A stretch of DNA of 64,000 nt from Somniosus microcephalus (Eukaryota): NCBI GenBank assembly GCA_052327205.1, contig CM126204.1:105772001-105836000 (forward strand). Direction: 5' to 3'. The first letter of the stretch is position 1. Each line of letters begins with the position of its first letter. Positions 47,201 to 59,578 of this stretch are shown piece by piece. The notes beneath the pieces were generated by a model that saw nothing but the letters and a program-made list of their open reading frames with translations, was not told the DNA's origin and searched no databases. A program made the translations under genes and the position numbers.

Positions 47201-48897
47201 AATAGGTTTGCCTATTGTGATTTAAGTGGTGGTGGGCTAAGGGAAAAGCAAGAAATGTAAAAATGGATATGGAACACAACAGGCAAATAATAATGCAAGC
47301 TGATAAAAATCCATTTTTCATTATTAAGAGATCAAACAAGCTTCTTTTTTAGGTAGCTTTTGACTGGTGTTAGTGGTATCAGTGAAAATATTAATAATTT
47401 CCAACAGTATAAAACAATACAGCTTTAGGAAAAATGTACATGGTTGTCTACTTGAGGATTAATCCATTATTAAAAGACTCAATGGTACAAATTCAAATAT
47501 AAAATAAGTCTTTCCAACTGTTACGCCACAGCAAATTGCTTTATTTAGCAGATGCATTAGTTCAAAAGGTTCAATGTTTCACAGAATACTTCAGTTAATT
47601 ATCAGGAACCAACCTGAACATCTTATAGTTTGCTTCACTAGAATGTAAAGCTTGTTCAGGTGCTTTGCCAAATGCATTTTTAATGCATAGTGATTTAATT
47701 CATTTGAAAGCAACTTGTCCATTAATAATTGTTTGCTTGCCAATTCCCTATACTAAAAATGTTTTAATAAGACAGAAATTTACTTACATTTTAAAGAAGA
47801 AACTGTAGTGCAGTGTAATTTTTTTTTAAATCACATTGATGCATTCCTCTCCCCAACCTATATGTGTTTGTGCAAAATGAGCAGGTTATCTTTTATATGG
47901 CAGACAAATCCAATTATAATTAGTTCTTCGTCTTACAGTACTATCAGGAGAGAATATTTAATACACAGCAACTTAACTCTAGTTTTAATGCAATACAACA
48001 TTGTTACCAATACCTTTTCTGACCATTTTGTGTATTAAAGCTCTTTCAAGGTTGGATTTACTAGAATCAAATTCATGGCTACACTGCAGTACACAAAATA
48101 AAGAATTCTTACTCATTTGTTCAATTAGGAATTTGCCTCATTTGTATCCATTTAAGAATTTTGCGCCATGCACAATCACGTTGATTAATTCGATCTTCTG
48201 CATTCCATTCAAATTGAAGTCTTTTTCTAAATAGCACTCTTCATTCTTTTTTTTCCATGATTGGCAAGTCTTAATTATTTTCTCACATACCAGAAAATTA
48301 TCTTTTTGCCATTAATCAATTATTTAAGTGTGTTTCAGTCTTCCACAATTCTAAATAGTTCACTACTTTTCATGGTTGATACTTGTCACCTACACTATTC
48401 TTCCCAGCCAATGCCTGTTGCATCTTTCAGTTGGTACACTGCCAGTAAATTAATCTTTTGTCTCTGGTTAATGCTAGCTTCCAGTTTCAAAATTTGTATT
48501 GAATATCACAAATCCTTCCCACTAATAATACACAAAATGTGCATTTATGCTTTTGACCCTTCAGGATCACACAGCCCATTCTCAATTTCAGCTAAAAGGA
48601 TGAAGAAAGCTTTCTGATTTTCTGTACGGTCAACTTGGCAACAAGGATCTCCAAGTTCAATATTTGCAGGCACAAAGCTGTGATATCAATGCCACCTCTG
48701 AGATGGACTTCAGCATCAGCACAAGACAAATAGTCTTCAAATTCACACAAAGCATTTTTCCAGACAGCTGTAACTAACACACCAAAAGCCAGTGCCTATA
48801 CCTAATATTTAAAAGAAATACCTTATATTTTAAAAGAAATACCTGCTCTTATCAATGAGGAAAAGAAGTGCAGGAAATAATCTGTTTCAATTCATCA

Positions 48898-49366
48898 ATT
48901 CCTGGGATGGCGGAACTGTCGTACGAGAAGAGATTGAGTAAACTAGGCCTGTATTCTCCTGAATTCAGAAGAATGAGGGGGGATCTCATTGAAGCATACA
49001 AAACTATTACAGGTCTTGATAGGATGGATGCTGGGAGAATGTTTCCCTTGGCTGGGGAGTCTAGAACCAGGGGCCACAGCCTCAGGACAAAGGATAGGCC
49101 ATTCAGGAATGAGATGAGAAGAAATTTCTTCACACAGAGGGTGGTGAATCTTTGGAATTCTCTACCCAGAGGGCTGTGGAGGCTCAGTCATTGGGTATAT
49201 TCAAAACAGAAGTCCATAAATTTCTGACTAGTAAGGGCATCAAGGGATATGGAGATAGGGCCGGTGAATGGAGTTGAGGCAGAAGATCAGCCATGATCTC
49301 ATTGAATGGTGGAGCAGGCTCAAAGGGCCGAATAGTCTACTCCTGCTCCTATTTCTTATGTTCTTA
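48898..49366 (+). mobile_element. CR1 LINE 3' fragment
   Basis: PGMAELSYEKRLSKLGLYS...; (TTCTTATG) tail. Confidence 0.9.
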
Positions 49367-49469
49367 TATCAAATGACCTTGAAATGCATTAGGGTAGCTT
49401 CGTTAATAGCTGCTTCATATTGATTGGGCACTTTCAGTGAATGGTCAATCATTGCACTCGAATTGAAAA

Positions 49470-49740
49470 ATAGATTATCAAGGAGATATACAAGGTTTTT
49501 ATGCCGAGCTCATTTGGGGAGCAGACGTTCAAACCCTCCGTACGGCAGCACTCACCCTGGTGTACTGCTCTCCGGCATGGCCATCAAGTCCACGTGTCAA
49601 ATCTGTTGCTGTCCAGCTGAATTCTACTATGAGAATTATCACCGGTACGTTTTTATCGACACCAACACCTTGGCTGCCTGTGCTTGCAAACATCGCACCA
49701 CCACACCTACGCCACAAATATGCAGTCCATGTACTATAGA
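49470..49740 (+). mobile_element. Vingi/Ingi-like LINE fossil
   Basis: Encodes WGADVQTLRTAALTLVY, resembling the Ingi/Vingi post-RT motif WGA...LRT.AL.L.YS. Confidence 0.6.
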
Positions 49741-50278
49741 CTAACTATTTTAAGTGCATATAAATTTACCTCTGTATGTGATGAGAGTACCTTCATTGCC
49801 ATTTTCAATTTTTACAGGCTGAATATTTGGCCAAAAGGTTTAGAAAACAGTCTAAATGTTGTTAATGCAAGTGTCTATCCTTGTTAATATGCAGCATAAA
49901 AGTAATTCAACACAGGCACCAGAAAAGTGCTTTCAAGCATCTTCACAATATGTAAAAAGAGTTGACATTAATATCAGTAGGATTTCTGGTATATGGTTGA
50001 GAATACACAACACAAACTTGCCAGACCCTTATTAGAAAGCATTTAACTTTAGTAATAAAAATAAATCCGTTTCATCATCAAATTAAGTGTCTTGCCATTA
50101 ATGCCAGAATTAATCAGTCTTTGATCATATTTAAAAAGTTAATCTTTTAACTTCACAAAAATAGTATCCACTAGAAAAAAATAAATATTAAAGTAAACAT
50201 AACTGATAGTATAAAATCTCACTTATACAGTTAATCATTTCTATCAAATTCTTCAGACTTCTTGCCACTTTCTTTTAC

Positions 50279-50384
50279 TCACTCATCTTCACATTCTTTG
50301 TCCTCCTTTTCTTCCGTGTACCTTGATTCCTCAATACCATTTTGGTAGTCATAAGATTCAAATCCATCAGCTTCTTCTTGAGAA
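50279..50384 (-). CDS. FAM161A: FAM161A probable terminal exon (acidic tail), out of frame with the preceding exon as assembled
   Basis: tctctag acceptor; phase-2 frame SQEEADGFESYDYQNGIEESRYTEEKEDKECEDE*. Confidence 0.55.
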
Positions 50385-50527
50385 CTAGAGAAACAAGTTT
50401 CAGACCCATACCAATAGCCTCCACTGTTCTAATCTTAGTGCTTACGGGTAAAAGCCTTAGAAATAGCTTAGAAAAGTTTACAATTGAGCAAATTTGACTT
50501 TTATTTACGAGATGCCAATCTCACCGA

Positions 50528-51255
50528 GGGAGCGAAATTTGGTTATGCCCCGTTTGGAGGTGGTAACCGAATTAGTGCCTGGCGCAGAAGTACTAAAGCC
50601 ACTAAATTCAGCTCACCGCCCCTGCGAGGAAGCAGAGCGCTATCTTGGGTGCTCCACTTCCTCTCGGGGCGGTGTTGGGGGCGCAAAGTGCGGTAGCGCC
50701 GGCGTAGCTCTGACGCGTTTCAGCGTGCTCCCCTTCTTTTAAAGGGGAGGGACGCTGCGAGCTCTGCAGGGCCTCGGATGGGCCACACTAGCCCACCAGG
50801 GCGGTGTGGTGCTGTGGCTGCAGCCCAGCATCGAGACACGGTGCCGGGCTGTGCAATGGCGGCCACAGACCACGCCAATTCCCACCACGGAGGGCCGACC
50901 TCAAAAAAATTTTTTGCCGCAGGTCGCGGCTGCACCTCCCTTTAATTAGTGCCCTGCAAGCAGAGGTCGGCCCGGCTCGTGACACGTGAGGCTGGTGCTG
51001 ACTTCCCCTGCGGCAGCCTCGCAGGACGCAGCCAAATTTCTGCCGTGGGGCGGTAAGGGGTCGCAGCGGGGCGCTAAGGGGTTGCAGTGCACGGCGATGA
51101 AATCATCGCCGGCGGCCCGAGGCGTGGCACTATCGGCTAGCGCCTCAGTAGTGCCCCGCTGAATTTCTCGGGAGGCGCCCTCGCCCGGGCAATAAGCCCT
51201 TTGTGCCCCCCAGAGGAGCCAACGGCAGGCGCAAAGGAGCCGAATTTCACGGCCC
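50528..51255. mobile_element. GC-rich MITE (Harbinger-type termini)
   Basis: GGGAGCGAAATT ... AATTTCACGGCCC; ends shared with 29410-29693. Confidence 0.75.
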
Positions 51256-51995
51256 AAATGTTCAGCTGAACATTTTAGCTGGATGAGCTGCAACACATTT
51301 CTTTCTTTTCACCTGATGAAAGATCTGTAGGATCCTGAAGATTTGTTTATTTAATTCCTAACATTGGCCCAATGAAAGTAACAAACACCAAATTGACTAT
51401 ACCATATTATTTAAATAGTGTGTGAGGATGATATAACGTAAATTATTCTGCAATTGGGATAGCTTTACAGTAATAACTGATACCCTGTATGTTGGAATTC
51501 AAAGATGCAACAAAAGTTAAATGAAACCACATTGGTTAATCAAGTTTCACCATAAATTTTAGACACTATTTAATCCTCACCTACCCTGGTGATATAAGAG
51601 GGAAAAATAATTAAACCGAAAACTATACAATCTCATCAGGGCAGGATGAAATTGTAATTAAAAACAATAAAAGACATTCCCATCCTCTACTGAGTGCGAG
51701 TTAAATATTATCAGGTTTTCATTGCACTTATTTTGGCACACAAACAGTGCAAGAAAATTTCTACTGGCAATATTAAAAGGAGTAGGATAACATCATACCC
51801 TGAAACAAACCCTAGCCACTAGAATTCTTATTTTTTTAAATCACTGATATTTAAGCAAGCTAGATCCCAAATTCATAATTGCCCACCAATTGTTGAAATG
51901 TAACAAGATAAATAGTTTTCTTAAAATTGGATAACGGAAAACCTCTCAAACATTTAAAACAAAAGTGAGTTGTCCAAAGTGCAGAAAATGGTTAC

Positions 51996-52169
51996 CTTTC
52001 CTCATTTATATTGTTGTCAGTCATCTTCATTCTTCTCAGACTCTTCATCGCTGGAATGTGAACTGAAGTCTAGAACAGAGTGACCTTTTCTGGAAACAAA
52101 ATCTTCACTTAATCCCCGCTCTTTTAGTGCTGCAGCATAATATCTCTCTGCTGCTCTTCTGGCATTTCT
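51996..52169 (-). CDS. FAM161A: FAM161A exon (RNARRAAERYYAAALKERGLSEDFVSRKG...)
   Basis: Resembles human KNARMAAEKHYSNTLKALGISDEFVSKKG (recalled); tacag acceptor, gtaacc donor; TGA at 52019-52017. Confidence 0.88.
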
Positions 52170-52911
52170 CTGTATACAATAACATTTAACAGCTTAGTTC
52201 TATTTTCTTTTTAACTTTTTACCAAACTGGCTTTTGCAACTTCATACGAAGGATTGTACAGTTGGCAGCCAAGATAATATCTGAATAAGACATTGCCTAT
52301 TGAGATATCATATTCCTTCTTTCTATTACAATAGATCAGAAATTATTGTAGGTCTATGATTACAGACAGCTGCATATTAAATTAAGATGGTAATATATTT
52401 ACTAGCTATTTTGAGAGCTCCTCCGAACTACCATTTCATCAGCAAGAGGACGGCCCTGACCACCTAAACTCCTACACAGAGTACCATGAATAAATAAAAT
52501 CATTATAATTAGTCATACCTCTTCCACAAAAAAAAGGTTTTGAAGAGCGGAACGCAGTTTATAAATGTTATATATTCCATGTACCTTTCACCCTTTAATA
52601 CTTTTCACTAAATAAATTCTCACATATTTCAGCTCTATATCCCTATTCCAGGATCGGATTGTCAAGTGAAAAAACAAATGAATCCATCAGGGTGAGAAGC
52701 AAGTTTTTATTGCATGTTACTAGGCCAGCAGTACACATTATCTGGAATCTTAGCTGCTTTCACATTTATATTTTCCCTGGTCATTTTCAAATATACAGTC
52801 TGGTCCTTATTGATAAACAAAACTACAAAGACACATTTATGTCCAACATTAGTTCCTCATTCTTTGTTGAAATTCAGAAACCAGTTAGCAATGTAGCATC
52901 CCTTTAACACA

Positions 52912-53344
52912 AGAAAGAAAGAATGACTTGCATTTATATAGCGCCTTTCACGACCACTGGACATCTCAAAGCGCTTTACAGCCAATGAAGTACTTTAGAA
53001 GTCTAGTCACTGTTGTAATGTGGAAAACGCGGCAGCCAATTGCGCACAGCAAGCTCCCACAGCAATGTGATAATGACCAGATAATCTGTTTTTGTTATGT
53101 TGGTTGAGGGATAAATGTTGGCCAGGACACTGGGGATAACTCCCCTGCTCTTCTTCAAAATAGTGCCATGGTATCTTTTACGTCCACCTGAGAAAGCAGA
53201 TGGCACCTCTGACAGTGCAGCACTCCCTCAGCACTGCATTGGAGTGTCAGCCTAGCTTTATGTGCTTAAGTTCCTGGAGTGGGACTTGAACCCACAACCT
53301 TCTGACTGAGAGGCGAGTGTGCTACCAACTGAGCCGCAGCTGAC
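52912..53344 (-). mobile_element. tRNA-derived SINE with L2-like tail (DeuSINE/SacSINE1-like)
   Basis: Pol III A box GGCTCAGTTGG and B box GGTTCAAGTCC at the minus-strand head; tail GGCGCTATATAAATGCAAG(TCTT)n. Confidence 0.85.
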
Positions 53345-53514
53345 AAGCACAAAGTAATAGGCATTTAACCCAAAGAAACAATATGATTCACCAGAACAAG
53401 GCTAATTACACTCCTTTTGAAATATGCAGAAAAAAGTCTGAAAATCAACTAGAATAAATGTTAACATTTGTAATGAGGAATACTTATGGAGTTCATAATG
53501 TTTTAACAACATAC

Positions 53515-53614
53515 CTGTGTGAGCTCTTCTAAGAGCAGAGGCCTCCTGTTTACTCTCTCCTGCATCTCCTCAAGTTCCAGAAGGTACTCTTTTGTCCTTT
53601 TTCTTTGGCGATTC
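53515..53614 (-). CDS. FAM161A: FAM161A exon (NRQRKRTKEYLLELEEMQERVNRRPLLLEELTQ)
   Basis: FAM161 motif EY..ELEE....RPLL.E; tagcag acceptor, gtatg donor, 100 nt. Confidence 0.9.
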
Positions 53615-53629
53615 CTGCTAAGACACAAT

Positions 53630-56078
53630 GGGGGTTAAATTCGATAACCCCCGAAAACCGGTGCAAGGATTGTCATGCATGATTAACCCGTGCCAGTTGA
53701 TTGAAATGCAGGCAGGACACCAACTTCATGCAGCCTGTGCATTTGCACTATTTCTGCGTGCAGCCAGCGCTCCCCACACTGTTCATTGGCTGCACGCATC
53801 AGCAGGGGCCCCAATATCGTTAGTGCCTAGCACTATTTAAAGCTAGCCTGCACCTCCTAAAGGGGAGGTGCATTGTGGCTGCTGGTGGTGCTGGATATTG
53901 TGCTGTGGAAGAATCAACAATGGCTGACTATGGGAGAGAATGTGCATCAAGGTTTTTTGGACGTTGCATTGGCGGTCTTGGTGGAAGAGGTGGAAAGAAG
54001 GAGAGATGTCTTGTACCCTCAGAGAAGGCCCTCCTTGTTTAGAAGGCAGTGACAAGAGGTAGCGAAGTGTAGGAGGTCAATGCCAGGAGTGTAGCCCAAA
54101 GGATCTGGATGCAGTGCAGGAAGAAGTTTAATGATCTCACACGAGTTATCACGGTCAGGGAGTGCATCTTCAAGTGCCATATCCTGCCAACTGCAGCACT
54201 AGCCGCATCCACTGCTCAATTCACAACACCCCTATTACTCACCAACAATCTCTAACAATCAGGACTTATGCCTAATATTTATGTACTTTACCTCACCCTC
54301 ACACACTTAGCACTGTTGCAAGCCTCGCACCCACATTTCAAAGCTTGCACACACTGGCACCTATTCAACCATAGCAGCCACATCACCCAAACATATTGCA
54401 CGACACTCACTGACACACTTCCCTCTTTCTTGCAGGAGAAGGTGGCGCACAACAAGAGGCACCAGGAATTAATGGGAGGGGGAGAGGCGCACCTGCATGT
54501 TTTAACCCCCATGGAGGAGACAGTGCTGGCCATTATGGGAGGGGCCATTGCTGAGGCCGTGGCCACCGGCGTGGCCGAAACCATTGAAGATGAGGGTAAC
54601 CGCATACCTAATCCTCCATCTCATCCCAATTCTCCCTCAATCTATTCTGACTTACAAGCTACAGATGGCGTAAGCATGCACTTCTTACTTTCTCCTCTCC
54701 CTTCAACTCAACCCAACCCGTGTCCCTTTTTCATTTCAGATACTCAAGAACAGGAACCTGCCCTGGTAGTGGAGGAAGAGCAACAAGAAAGCAAAGATGA
54801 AGGGACACCATCACGCGATTTCCCAGTCGCAGCCACCAGCTCAGATATGGACACTGTGCGTAATTTAGAGGATAGCATAGAGGCAGGATCTGCACGTGGT
54901 GAGACACTGGGCACAAGTGCACTGGAGCCAGGGCTGGGGGAAAGGATAGCACAGGTGCCAGCTCACTGGAGGGTGAGCTCGCACTCTCGTTCTGCTGCAG
55001 ACGTCTCAGATGAGGACTTCGATGGGCCAGGCTACAGAAGGCGGCCGATGGGTGTACACACCCAAATGCTTGGTGCACTGGGAAGCCTGCCGGAAAGCTG
55101 GCGTTCAATGTCAAGAGCATGGAGGAGTCCAGCACCAACTTGGCACAGGGCTTAGTGCAGAGCTTGGAGCCCATGGAATGGTTGGCCACCTCCATGAACA
55201 CACCCATGGAGCCAACCATGATGCAGCATCTGGTGGCTGATGTCTCAGCTTCCACTGCAGCACAAGTTGCATCCACTTAATATCGGAGTGCTGCAGTGGA
55301 AGCCCAGACTGCTGTCATACAATCACAGCTTGCTGCTATAGGAGGTCAGACTGCTGCCATCATGGGTCTGGATACCAGTATGCAAAGGGGCTTCCAGGGC
55401 ATCATAGCACTCCAGTAATCTGTTCTCCAACAGATCTGCTCACTAAAGACCCTCTGCATATATCGCCTCCTGCTGAGAGCCCTTCTCCCCCCTCCTCTCG
55501 CTTCAGCAGCTTGTCCTGCTCTGTGGGCCTCTGCTCATTCTCCCAGTCATGCTCAAGGCAAGAGGAAGTCCTACTAGGCCACCCATGTCTGGAAGCAACT
55601 GGCTTGTGCACAAGTCTAAGTCACAAAAAAGTACTTCAGCACTAGCCAGCTCACTCCCTGTAGACTATTGAAACTTTTAACAAGTATGGAAAAGCACCCA
55701 AAAAGCATAGAATTGCAGCAACAGCCAGAAGAAATAATCCAGTAACTAACCTGCAAGTAGTTGATGATCCCTTTAAATAGCACTGGTTGGGGGGGGTGGG
55801 GCTCCTTCATGCCATTGAACACGTGTTCAGCTGTGCGAGGTTAAGAGAGGGCTCAGGCTGGAGCTCCAATATGGCAGCGCTGGTGTCAAATCAGTGTTAC
55901 ACGCTGATTGACGTAATGATCTGCCTGCTCGGCATGCTGCTGGTGGTTGCTAGTGCCACCAAATATGGCATCGGGCGCACTTCCTCCTGGAAGTGTGTGT
56001 TGCAGACGCTATTTTGGTAGTTTAAGAGGCCTCATAGAGCCCAAAAAATGGGTGTTACAGAGGTCAATTTCGTCGCCC
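53630..56078 (+). mobile_element. PIF/Harbinger-derived element with a decayed, intron-containing Myb/SANT-like gene
   Basis: WMQCRKKFNDLTRV at ~54105-54148 and LVEEVERRRDVL upstream; ORF 54268-55155; GGGGGTTAAATT / AATTTCGTCGCCC termini. Confidence 0.75.
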
Positions 56079-56270
56079 ACATCTTAAATGTTTTGTAAAC
56101 TGTTAAAATGATTGAATATTTTTTGAATGTTAAATTCAGCATTCAACTGGGGGTGGGGGGGGGAGCAGGGATAGGAACAGAAATAATTGCACACAGCTAG
56201 AATTCAGAAAGGCTGTGGTCCAACAGCACAGTGGGTTAATTCACTATGCACACACTAAAACCCTGGTCCA

Positions 56271-58233
56271 AACATAGAAACATAGAAGATAGGGATAGGA
56301 GTAGGAGTAGGCCATTCGGCCCCTCGAGCTTGCTCCGCCTTTCAATGCGATAATGGCTGATCATCCAAATTCAGTACCCGGTCCCTACTTTCTCCCCATA
56401 CCCCTTGATCCCTTTAGCCTTAAGAAATATATCCAACTCCTTCTTGAATATATTTAGTGTATTGGCCTCTACTGCCTTCTGTGGTAGAGAATTCCACAGG
56501 TTCATCACTCTCTGGGTGAAGAAATTCCTCCTCATTTCTGTCATAAATGGCCTACCCCTTATCCTTAGACTGTGACCCCTGGTTCTGGACTCCCCGACCA
56601 TCGGGAACATCCTTCCTGCATCTAGTCTGTCCAGTCCTGTCAGAATTTTATAAGTTTCAATGAGATCCCCTCTCATTCTTCTAAACTCCAGCGAGTACAA
56701 GCCCAATCGACCCAATCTCTCCTCATACGTCATTCCTGCCATCCCAGGTATCAGCCTGGTGAATCTTTGCTGAACGCCTTCCATGGCAAGAACATCCTTC
56801 CTCAGATAAGGCGACCAAAACTGCACACAATACTCAAGGTGTGGTCTCACCAAGGCCCTGTACAACTGCAGCAAGACATCCTTGTTCTTGTACTCAAACC
56901 CTCTCGCTACGAAGGCCAACATACCATTTGCCTTCTTAACCGCCTGCTGCACCTGCATGCTTACCTTCAGCGACTGGTGCACAAGGACACCCAGGTCTCG
57001 TTGCACTTCCTCTTCTCCCAATCTATTGCCATTCAGATAATAATCTGCCTTCCTGTTTTTGCCACCAAAGTGGATAACCTCACATTTATCCACGTTATAT
57101 TGCATCTGCCATGCTTCTGCCCAATCACCCAACCTGTCCAAATCATCCTGTAGTTTCTCGGCATCCTCCTCACAGCACACATGCCCACCCAGCTTTGTGA
57201 CATCTGCAAATTTGGACTACATCTAGTTCCCTTGTCTAGATCATTAATATATATTGTGAACAGCTGGGGTCCAAGGACCGATCCCTGCGGTACCCCACTA
57301 ATCACTGCCTGCCACTCGGAACAAGACCCGTTTGTTCCAACTCTTTGCTTCCTGTCTGCCAACCAGTTCTCTATCCAAGTCAATACCTTGCCCCCAATCC
57401 CATGTGCCTTAACTTTACACGCTAATCTCTTATGCGGGACCTTATCGAAAGCCTTCTGAAAGTCCAAATACACCACATCCACTGGTTCTCCCTTATCTAT
57501 TTTACCAGTTACATCCTCAAAAAATTCCAGTAGATTAGTCAAGCACGATTTACCTTTTGTAAATCCATGTTGACTTTGTCCGATCCTGTCACTGTTTTCC
57601 AAGTGTTCTGCTATTACATCTTTTATAATGGACTCTAGCATTTTCCCCACTACCGATGTCAGGCTTACCGGTCTGTAATTCCCCGTTTTCTCTCTACCAC
57701 CTTTTTTGAATAGTGGGGTAACATTAGCTACCCTCCAATCCATGGGTACTGTTCCAGATTCCATTGAATGTTGGAAGATGATCAGCAATGCATCTACTAT
57801 TTCTCGGGCCACTTCCTTAAGTACCCTAGGATGTAGATTATCAGGCCCTGGGAATTTATCGGCCTTCAATCCCATCAATTTCCCTAACAGCATTTCCCTA
57901 CAAATACTGATTTCTTTCAGTTCCTCCCTTTCATCAGACCCTATGTTCCCTGACATCTCTGGGAGGTTATTTGTGTCCTCCTTTGTGAAGACAGAACCAA
58001 AATATGTATTGAATTGGTCTGCCATTTCTTTGTTCCCCATTATAAATTCTCCTGATTCTGACTGCAAGGGACCTACGCTTGACTTCACCAATCTTTTTCT
58101 CTTCACATATCTATAAAAGCTTTTACAGTCAGTTTTTATGTTCCCTGCAAGCTTACTCTCATACTCTATTTTCCCTTTCTTAATTAATCCCTTTGTCCTC
58201 CTTTGTTGAATCCTAAACTGCTCCCAAGCCTCA
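56271..58233 (-). mobile_element. Young CR1 LINE, 5'-truncated ORF2 (RT)
   Basis: ORFs 57033-58106 and 56371-57180 joined by one small deletion; CATAGAAA tail. Confidence 0.95.
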
Positions 58234-58268
58234 GGAGGTTATCACACATGTATTGACTAAAAACACAC

Positions 58269-58436
58269 CTGTATTGTTTTACTTTTGAGTTCAATACTTC
58301 AGCCAGGCTCTGGTGTGGATCATTGGCCTGGGCGCGGGTAGATATGAATTTTTTCAATTTTCTCTCCCTGAGTTTCTGTTCTCGTTTCCAGTTTTCTTCA
58401 AGTTCTTCTTTCTTCTTTTTCTCATCCAGGGATTTC
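58269..58436 (-). CDS. FAM161A: FAM161A 168-nt exon (KSLDEKKKKEELEENW...TRAQANDPHQSLAE...)
   Basis: Resembles human RSLEEKK...TRAKAYDSHQSLAQ (recalled); ctgtag acceptor, gtgtgt donor; same 168-nt size as the human alternative exon. Confidence 0.9.
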
Positions 58437-59578
58437 CTACAGAGAGTGATAAAGTAGAAAATTTAGTACCAATACCTGCAGAAATGTTTAACCAATTAGA
58501 AATTGTTAAGTTTCAATCCATCTTAAGTTGGAGAATTCTCATATTGGCAGCATTCGATAACTTCAGGTCTACTTCAAAGTAGATATAAAATCCACAGAAT
58601 TTCACTCATTTTTTTTTTATCATGCAACTTTGGCGTTTCTTACTTGACAGGTTTGTAAAGTATATCTACAGGATGAGACAATATCATTTTCCAAATATAA
58701 ATTTAACCAGAAAATTGAGGGAAGAAAACTTGTATATACAGTACGTGAAAATCCACAGATCAAAATGCTTTCCTGTAAAAGACTTAAAAAAAAAAAACTC
58801 TTTTACATCCATTATTGTTGCTGCACTATCAAATGTTCTCCCATGTGCCTTTTATAAATTAACAAAATACTTGTTAATTTTGAGTCTCAATATGTTAAAG
58901 CAACTAGAAGTTAAATACCATACCACAGAAACAGAATATATTTAGCTTTAAATGTCTACATATGGTTTATATTCAATGGGAGAAAAATAAACTCAGCACC
59001 CTATTGTCAAAGTCTTTCTATACTGCTGCAGCTACAACAGTAGCCTCCTTCTCCCTTTGAAGTCCTTTTAGTTAATATTTATTGTCTGGCACAATCTAAT
59101 AATTATTCAGGTTATATGGAGTTAACCATATGAACTTTGAATTATGTTGGTGGGAAACGGAGCAGGGAGCAAGCGACTCTTTTAGTGACCAATATGGACG
59201 GATCCAAGAGGCTTCCTCTTCGGTTCATTGGTAAACGTGTGCAGCAAAGATGTTGCAAAATGTTCAACACTTCTCTGGAGACATCATTTACTATTTCATT
59301 TGGCAATCTTTAATAACTTTTACGATATTTGAAGAGTACATTCAATCTCTGGACAAAAAATTGAGCGGAGTAAAAACATTAATAATTATCAATAACGGCC
59401 CTGTAAATGCTGATATTTCTAGTCTAACAAACGTGGAACTTTTCCATCTTCCAAAGAATACCACTTCTATGCTTCAGCCAATGAGCACTAGTTATCAAAC
59501 TTTTCAAAGCTCACTATTGGAAGTTTCTAACTAGAAAAAGACTAATTGCTTACAAAGCCAAGACAGATTTCTCCATTA

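Noticed and set aside
48590-48780. Exon-like open stretch on the minus strand
   Set aside because: No recognisable homology and no convincing linked splice partners
53270-53344. tRNA gene
   Set aside because: The A/B boxes belong to a SINE head followed by SINE body and L2-type tail
50279-58436. FAM161B instead of FAM161A
   Set aside because: HQSLA, RPLL, NAR.AAE.YY and FVS.KG motifs fit FAM161A better from memory; a phylogeny would confirm
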